Part shown: piece by piece, positions 56,346 to 64,000 of the stretch
Layout: the number at the start of each line of letters is the position of its first letter
How positions within the stretch are numbered: position 1 is the first letter of the stretch
Assembly: GCA_046563655.1 (NCBI GenBank)
Contig: CM102286.1
Span: 15,314,001-15,378,000 of the forward strand
DNA: 64,000 bases
Source: Yuukianura sp. NJ FZ-2021
Lineage: Eukaryota
Direction of reading: 5' to 3'
Position numbers and translations under genes: made by a program
The notes under the pieces: model-generated
What the model saw: the letters and a program-made list of their open reading frames with translations, nothing else
What the model was told of the DNA's origin: nothing
Databases searched by the model: none

Positions 56346-56622
56346 AAAAAAAACAGCTGAAAAAGAATAGTACTTAAATTGAATCCAGGTTAGGCTTCTA
56401 ACATAAATCCCAAATCGCAGTCAAAAATACATCCCTACATTGATCCAATCAAATTTATACTTACTGCTCTGCTTATCTAGATTGTGGCCAGCGTGTTTCC
56501 TCTGTTTTTTGAAAAGTGTTCAGTTGAGTTTGGAAATCCGACCTGAACAGAACCTAGACTGTGAAACACCGGATCATTTTTTTTACATTCCTTCCACAAA
56601 CTAAGCCAAGCTTAAGCCGAGA

Positions 56623-59600
56623 ATGGAGGGAGCGCAAGAACAGGAGTTCAGCAATGCTGGTATTGATCCTGGATCTGCATCGGCTACTCCTAGCTTTGTC
56701 AAATACCAGCCGACATGTAATTTTAAAGTTTGCTTTAGTCGTACTGTTTACCGGCATTAATTTTTTTGTTTCTTTAGTGGCTTGCGCCCTACCTGAGAGG
56801 GTTCATCCAGCAAATGTTGTAGAGTCATCATCATTGGCAGCTATTAAGCTACCCCAACTGACGTATCGTGTCACACCATCGGTACTATACTGCAATGCCC
56901 TGTCCTCTTTACAAGTAGAAGCTATAGCTTTGAGCGGTCATACGCACAGTACCTTCAACGGTGATAGAAGAAATGCGATGCTTATAGGTGGGTTGTTCAA
57001 TTATGTTGTCTTATTGATATCTTAACCTTCGATTACTTTACTTCAAATTTAGGAGACGGGGCGGGGATTGGTAAAGGAAGAATTATAAGCGGGGTGATAA
57101 AGGACAACTTTGAGAAAGGACGCCGAAAGTCATTGTGGTTCTCGAAAACGTATAGCTTGTTTGACGACGCTTGCCGAGACTTTCGTTCCATTGGCCATAA
57201 AGCAAGTTATTTGAAAAGAATGGACCACGTCTTCATCGACGGTGCTATTGCTGCTGCTAATGAATGCTGTATTTTTACAACTTACGCTGCATTTCAAAGG
57301 AAGGGAGATGCAAAAGTTGCTGCTCTTTTATCATGGCTTGGAAAAGGCTTCAACGGGGTTGTAAGACTTTTCAAGGTTATATCTGCTTTTTCTACTTCAT
57401 TTATATCTCCTTTACAACAGATCGCACTTGACGAGTGCCACGAAGTGAAAAATGAAAAGTGCAGATCATCCAACATTATACATCAATTAGATACTTGTGT
57501 CCCTAAAGCTCGTATTCTCTACTCGTCCGCAACAATTGCAGAAACATTGGAAGGACTGTGTTATTTACATCGACTAAATCTTTGGGGTGAAAATACGCTG
57601 TACCCAGGTGGCTTTTCCCAAATGGAACAAGAACTCCGGAAAATGTAAGTTTCAATGTGTTGGCAGTAATATAACCTACCTAACCTAACTTTCATAATCC
57701 TGATCTAGTGGAATGCTTGGACTGGAACTTATTGCAATGGAGCTCAAGAGTCGTGGTGCTTACGTCGCGCGTCGTCTGGATTTTTCAGATGCATCTTTCT
57801 CTCTCGTTAAAATAAAACTCACAGAAGATCAGCGCGCCAAGTATAATGCGTGCGTTTCCATTTGGAACGACATTTACGACCATCTACTGCGACTTCAACA
57901 AAAATCTGTAAAGCGTTACTTTTGGGCGCAACACCAACAATTTTTCCGGCTGCTCTGCTTATCTTTTAAAATACCCGAAGTCATCAAAAACATCAAGTAT
58001 GCATAGCAAGGCAGTAATATGTGAGTAATATGAGTAACAATGCATTTTAATATTATCGCACGATCCTTTGTTGCAGACGCCATTTAAAAGAAGGCAAAGC
58101 AGTCATTGTAGGGTTGCAGTCAACGGGAGGGTTTTTGTCTGCGAAGCGCCAGCGACGCGAACTTAAACTTTTGTCGAGCTTGGAGTCTAAGCTTTTAAGC
58201 GTAGTACGTCAAACGTTTGGTGAGTGCCAACCTTTGTCTGTTCAGTATTTCATGCCAGATGTTTCGTATTTGTATCACTTGAAAACTAATACACAGAACC
58301 CGGCGTGCCGAGGTATGAAATGAAAATGAGGGTCGTTGATCTCAAATTGCCAGCAAGTCCACTAGATGCTCTGGTAAACCGTTTGGGTCCTCGTAAGGTT
58401 TCCGAGGTAATCTACATTTTTGCACTTTATCCTTACTTTATTTTCTTAACGTAACGTTGGTTTTTAATTCAGTTAACCGGAAGATCAGTAAGGCTGGAAA
58501 AAGTTGGAACCAAATTCAAATGGCGTACTATTCGAGGAGAGAAGAACGATCGTTTAACCCACTTTATGAACGGCAAAACTCATGTAGCAATCATCTCTGC
58601 TGCGTGTTCAACTGGAATTTCTTTACACGCCGACCATCAGGCTAAAAATCAAAAGCAGCGGGTGCATATGACAATTGAGTTGCCCTGGTCCGCTGAGCAG
58701 GTACAGTTCAATTTTTACTGCTAGGTAACCTAGGTAACCTTTGGGCAGCAAATTTAATATAATTTTTGTTACACATTAGGTCATTCAGCAATGCGGTCGA
58801 ACCCTTCGTAGCGGTCAGTCCAGTGTTCCAAAATATGAACTAGTTGTCGTGGATGTGGGCGGGGAGAATCGATTTGGTTTTGGCGTTTCTGCAAGAATGT
58901 CAGCGCTTGGTGCGATCACACAAGGAGATCGGACTTTTTCAATCAACAGCATCGAGGAATTTGACTTGAATACATTTTACGCTGGAGATGCTGTGACCTA
59001 CACTTTGAAAACGATTAGCACTGAAATACCGCCATTGATTCGATATCCTGGCACAAATATGATCACCTTCTTCAGCGAGGCCTTTAAAGTTTTATCCCCT
59101 GTCGGGTTAGTAGCGATGGGAAAACTTTCTCCGTACATGACGAAAACGATATATGTCAACAAATTCTTAAATCGGTAGGTTAAAGTTACGGTGTTTCCAC
59201 TCATGTAAGGTTAGGTTAGGTTAGGTTATGTTATAGTCATATACAGGTCGTATCATATTTTCTGTGTTACAGGCTTTTGGGTGTTCCGCTTCCGCAACAA
59301 AACACTATCTTCAATTACTATCTAGACATCTACAACCACACGATACAACAGCATAAACAAGCAGGATGCTATGAAGGAGGTGTTGTTGGTAAGTTGTCTT
59401 CTACTTATATTATTAAGAATTGTAACTTTAATGTATATTATTTTTGCTCTAGATTTTGGGAAACCGAAAGATTACAAAATCACTTCTGTCGCTTTAGAAG
59501 ACCGCAGTACAATTGAAATTTTTGCCGTTATAATCGACTGTGGAATTACCTTCGATCGAGCATTTGACATTTATCGAACTGAACGAAATTGTCAATTCTA

Positions 59601-60153
59601 CGCAGGAAAAATAGGAAAAAATCTTTGTGTTTACTTGGCCATACCGATCCCGGATACGCACAAATTTTCACTACTATTCCCATTTGGCCTCCTTCCTACC
59701 AAATATGACGACCCACATTTTTCTAAATCCTTTACTGCTCGCTCCTGGGACCAAGCTCGAGATCTTTGGAATACCAACTACGCTTACAAAAGTTGTTGTC
59801 ATGCTTACAGGTGAGAAAATGGCACAATTGGAGCATTTGTTTTACTTACTAATTTCCTGACTCATTTATGCACTTTCAGTTCGCTACCTTGTCCAAATTC
59901 TGCCAATGGAAGTTTTTGTGGGGCTGGAAACCGATATAAACTACGAATAATTGTAACTGGCGTTCTGTGGTCTAACGTCCAACTGATTGACAAACTCTTC
60001 CGTTCTTGTTACATCAAATCCTTGCAGCTGGTGCGATGTCATTTAAATCTTGGTCCAACACGCCCCAACGTCGTGGTGGGTGTGGAGGTACCAACAAAAA
60101 ACATGTCAACCCTAGAAAGAAAATTAGGAAAGAAATTTTACCATTGTAATTAG
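56623..60153 (+). CDS. SBNO: Strawberry notch-like SF2 helicase, divergent and compact, apparently intact (~13 exons)
   Basis: [32 protein letters not shown] (Walker A), LDECH (Walker B), [96 protein letters not shown]. All are collinear with animal SBNO. No internal stop found after splicing. Confidence 0.92.
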
Positions 60154-60880
60154 CGAAGTGTTTTTCACCCTACTTACTTTGAAATCTAAACCAGTTATGT
60201 TATCCGAACTAATTGTTAGATAATTGAAACTATTTATATAATGTAACCTAGGTTAGTCTTTTCCTCGGACGTTTGAAGCCAAAATGTTTAAGTTATTTAT
60301 AAAAAAAAATGCCAAAGAAATTTTTGATGGACTTATTTTGGCAAATAAAGTGGTATGTAGCTTCTCGACAAAGCTTTGCGTTGGACCTTCGTTTTTTTAT
60401 TGTAACGTTTGAGCAGTAGCGATCAAGGTAGTGTGACGAAACAGTTTAGTCTTCACCAGTTTGTTCAGTAACTCTTTTTGTTTTGAATTTATCCTTGCGA
60501 AAAAACTTGCGAAACATGAGTCGCCGTGCCTTTCTATGGTAATAATTTATAATGTAAATAGGAATCGTAGGGAACCTGTAGAAGAAGAATTGTTGGAAGA
60601 ATTTTGAAAATTCCTGGATACCTGAGTTACTGGACAACCTCTTGTAGGTTAGGTTTGCTGTAAATTTGTTGCTCTAGCAACCTTGGTAGTGGTGCTATAT
60701 GTCAGCTTTTTGGATGGTGATGGAGTGATTTGAAGTGTTCTTGAACTGTCAGTTAGCTATGTCCTTGACGAGTACAGGTCAAAGTCATCACAACTAAAGG
60801 ACTCTTGACAAAGTCAAATGTCAAAGGCAAACGGGATAAGGTATTAGACTTAGAGTATTGTTGAAGTAGTGATAAGTCGA

Positions 60881-61290
60881 GCAGGAAGTGGTTAACTCAA
60901 GCAGGAGGTTAGGTAGGTTACCTGTTAGTGGACAGTGTGTTTGACTTTGGGAGTATTTTATTGTTCAGTTCATTGTCAGGACGTTAAGGTGACCTTCAGT
61001 AAGGCGTGCTGGAAAAGATTCCAAGTCGGAGTGTCCACCAGACTCTGGACATTGTACATTGAGACTTTCAGTAGTGAACATCTTCGTGCAGGAAGTGGTT
61101 AACACTAGCAGGAGGTTAGGTAGGTTACCTGTTAGTGGACAGTGTGTTTGACTTTGGGAGTATTTTATTGTTCAGTTCATTGTCAGGACGTTAAGGTGAC
61201 CTTCAGTAAGGCGTGCTGGAAAAGGTTCCAAGTCGGAGTGTCCACCAGACTCTGGACATTGTACATTGAGACTTTCAGTAGTGAACATCT
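60881..61290. repeat. Recent tandem duplication, period 207 bp
   Basis: GCAGGAAGTGGTTAAC...GTGAACATCT at 60881-61083 and 61088-61290, almost identical. Confidence 0.95.
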
Positions 61291-61339
61291 CTCGAGACCG
61301 CTGACTCCTTGTGGCACCGTGTCATCATCGACTGGAGAA

Positions 61340-63856
61340 ATGGAACAAAAGGTAAGGTTATTGCTTTAAGAATTGTCTGGTTTCTAATTGAACAAAGAAA
61401 TTTCCTTTCAAACTGTTGACGTTTTTTGGTATTTCTTTCTTAGCTTACCTTGTCCACGTTCAACACCACAAATGAAAAGCAGATCAGAATTGTCCCTACC
61501 GCGATGGACATTCCTGCTGATTTGCTGTTATGTTCCATGGCTGATGTTTTGGCAATCGGATTATCCGGAAATGGAACGATAGATTTTACGCTTGAAGACT
61601 GGAAGTTACTATTCGATGAACCAAAGGGGTCGGAAAAAGCAAAGAAATTTTGGTCTACTTGTTTTGTCCACATCAAAAAATTCTGTTGCAATCTTAAGAA
61701 CGTAGCCTACACCCCAAGGACGGCGACATTGAAGTCTTCGCGGTTCATTTCCGCTGATACCAGAATCCAACTGCCTCAATCGTTGGTAGATTTCGTTAGT
61801 AAAACGAAATTCGGCGAAAAGTTGGCTGCGGAGGGAAATCAAGCTGATGCCAACCAATTCATTTCTGGGATCTCCACGCTTATGAAAGGCTCATTCAATG
61901 CAGGATATGTCGCTTTATTCCTGTTTAAGTGTTACCGTAAGTGTACCCTATTTTCTGTCAGATGACTTGTGGTAAAAACTTGTGGTAACTTTTGCTAGAA
62001 TGCTTGCCGGATGTTCTCCAAACTGTCCCAATCAAAGACGTTTTGGGCGAGAGAGGACTAACCCTTATGCATAAAAGCCTCGGTCAATCCCACGAATTCC
62101 TAAACTTGGTGTGGCAACAACCCCTGGAGCTCCCGGCTACACTGCAAGAGGTTTTTTCTCCGCGGAAACTTCCGACCCAAACGCAAGAAGACCCCGAGCT
62201 ATGGTTCTTTTTTGGAGAGCGCATCCAAAGAGGAGTGGAGAATAACGCCTGCTACAATGGGGCTGTCAAACGTGCGAAGAGCGTTTATTCTGGGAAAGGC
62301 GGGAAAACAAAGAAGGCCAAGAAGAATGCTGCAAAGGAACCCAACCTTAGCGATTCGGGTAAAATTAGTACTCTTGGATGATGTTTTATTCTTAGCTGTT
62401 GATTTGCATCAAACTTTTTATAGGTTCTGACTCGGATTCCAGTTCCAGCTCGGTGTCTTCCAGTGCGACTTCAGTTCAAACAAAATCTACCACTAAGCAG
62501 CAAGCACAGGTGATACTGGAAGAAGACATCAAGTCAGCAACAGAAAAGTTGGACAAACTACAGAAGGAAGAAGTAAACTGCATCAACGAAATCCGAGCTC
62601 AGGAAGAAAAGCTAGCGAATGTGAGGTCCGAGATCACGCTGACGAGATGCAGTCTAAACGAGTCAATTTTTCGCCTGCACTTGTGCAATATTTCCAACGA
62701 CCACGGAGATTACATTTTCAACGCGATTTCATCAAATGCAAAGTTTAAGGAGATGGTAGCTGAATTTGAAGAATTCAGAAGTTTTGTATTAGAACAATAC
62801 GGAAAACTGGCGCGTTCGGAACGCTCGTTTGAAAAATCACCAAAAGAATTGGTAGAAGCTGCATTGGAGATTTCATTCAAGACTTTCGACACTCAAAAAC
62901 ACAAGGTAATTTATTACTTAAACCAGGAATTATGTTAATCTAAAGTAAACTATACTTGTATTTAGACTTCCGAGACGTTTCTGATGCCACCCCCAGTGAG
63001 CTCCCGCTCAAATCGATTCCAACCATTAGGTTTGGAGTATATCTTACCTCTACCGACTCCAGTGAGATCTGTACCTTCGAAGGGAATACTTGACCAGTCT
63101 ATTGCTGTGAGTATAACCTAACCTAATGAAAAACATGCAAATGTACTAATACCTAACCTAATACAGGGATTTGCGAGAACTATGGGACATCATGCTAGAA
63201 AACCTACCAACAGCATTGCCGGGTCCAGCTCACATAACATCACTATGGAAGAGATCATCACTGCCCGAAAAAAAACCACCCCGCAAATGGTGACTTCAAG
63301 GACCAACTCAGACAAAGAGGCAGAAGTTTATTACGGCAACAGTACGAATCACATAAATTGTTTTTGTTCTGACAAATTGTGACCATGACTTAATATTTCA
63401 GGCCAAGATAACGGGGAAACTTCGTCAGTGGTGCTGCGTGAGAGATCCGTGATGGAAGTTCCTGCCCTCTCAATTCAACCAGAAAATTCAGTCCAAATTG
63501 ACCAACCCAATATACAAGTGCCTTCCGTCGCCGAGGAAATTGAAATACGAACTGACTTGCTGGAGGAAGTGACACAGAATATCGTTGATGCATTCGGTGG
63601 TAAATTTGTTTCACTGTTTCGCAATAACCTTGCCAACCTAAACTAACCTCATTTTACTTTTGAATATGTAGGTTCACCTGAGAGTGAGGGCACGCACGAA
63701 AGGGTAGGTAAAGCTCCTGCCCGGGTAGGTAACGCTCCTGCCCAGGATTCGTTTCAAGAGTTCATTGATACACGGGATGAAACTTATGAAGTACAAATGG
63801 ATGAACATGGGACACCAGTTTTTGGGAATGATTCTGGGATAGGGCATATGTTCTAA
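61340..63856 (+). CDS. Orphan multi-exon protein with a basic NLS-like stretch, Ser-rich linker, coiled coil and acidic tail
   Basis: Successive open frames (61444-61936, ~61999-62358, ~62424-62905 and later ones) bounded by GT-AG sites. KGGKTKKAKK. Heptad-like EEDIKSATEKLDKLQKEE. Stop TAA at 63854-63856. Confidence 0.65.
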
Positions 63857-64000
63857 ATGTTATGACTAAGTTGATACGGTGAAGCCACCCTTGATCATGA
63901 ACTTAAAGGTTAGTTAGTTTGCATTTGTAGTTTAGAATCATGACAAATTGATATTTATCGGCCATTGACTATTAATGAATTAATTGACAAAATTGTTAAT

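Noticed and set aside
53659..56346. Repetitive ORFs on both strands
   Set aside because: By-products of satellite array 2.
56623..60153. Bacterial or phage origin of the strawberry notch gene
   Set aside because: It has many spliceosomal introns and animal-type motifs, including the C-terminal CxHAY cysteine cluster.
38900..64000. Assignment to a known class (Maverick/Polinton, Helitron, Harbinger, nimavirus, Teratorn)
   Set aside because: No DDE transposase, tyrosine recombinase, HUH Rep/PIF1 helicase, PolB or capsid gene is recognisable in the window.

Overview
Eukaryotic genomic DNA with short GT-AG introns of about 50-100 bp and TTAGG telomere-type repeats, so probably an arthropod. The window has two parts. 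(1) 1-29 kb is a compact host gene region: the 3' end of GTP cyclohydrolase I, a ~13.8 kb array of ~44 near-identical 315-bp repeats, kinesin light chain, SSSCA1/ZNRD2, a UDP-glycosyltransferase, an RMDN protein, LCLAT1 and a broken MBT-repeat gene. (2) From ~29 kb to the end is an accessory block of at least 35 kb. It opens with palindromic repeats, a tRNA-derived head, a T-rich minisatellite and a (TTAGG)n tract. It holds two 12-bp-periodic satellite arrays with mutually inverted cores, several MITEs with readable target-site duplications, and eight co-oriented spliced genes. Those genes are a MADF-BESS protein, four Myb/SANT-like proteins (three are paralogs sharing intron positions), a ~717-aa orphan, an intact but divergent and compact Strawberry notch SF2 helicase, and a coiled-coil orphan. 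Telomere-like TTAGG/CCTAA motifs recur in the introns of this block. The block is the best candidate for an undescribed giant mobile or accessory element. No transposase, integrase or viral hallmark gene is recognisable in the window, and the right end is not visible. All gene models were spliced by eye and no database searches were run.
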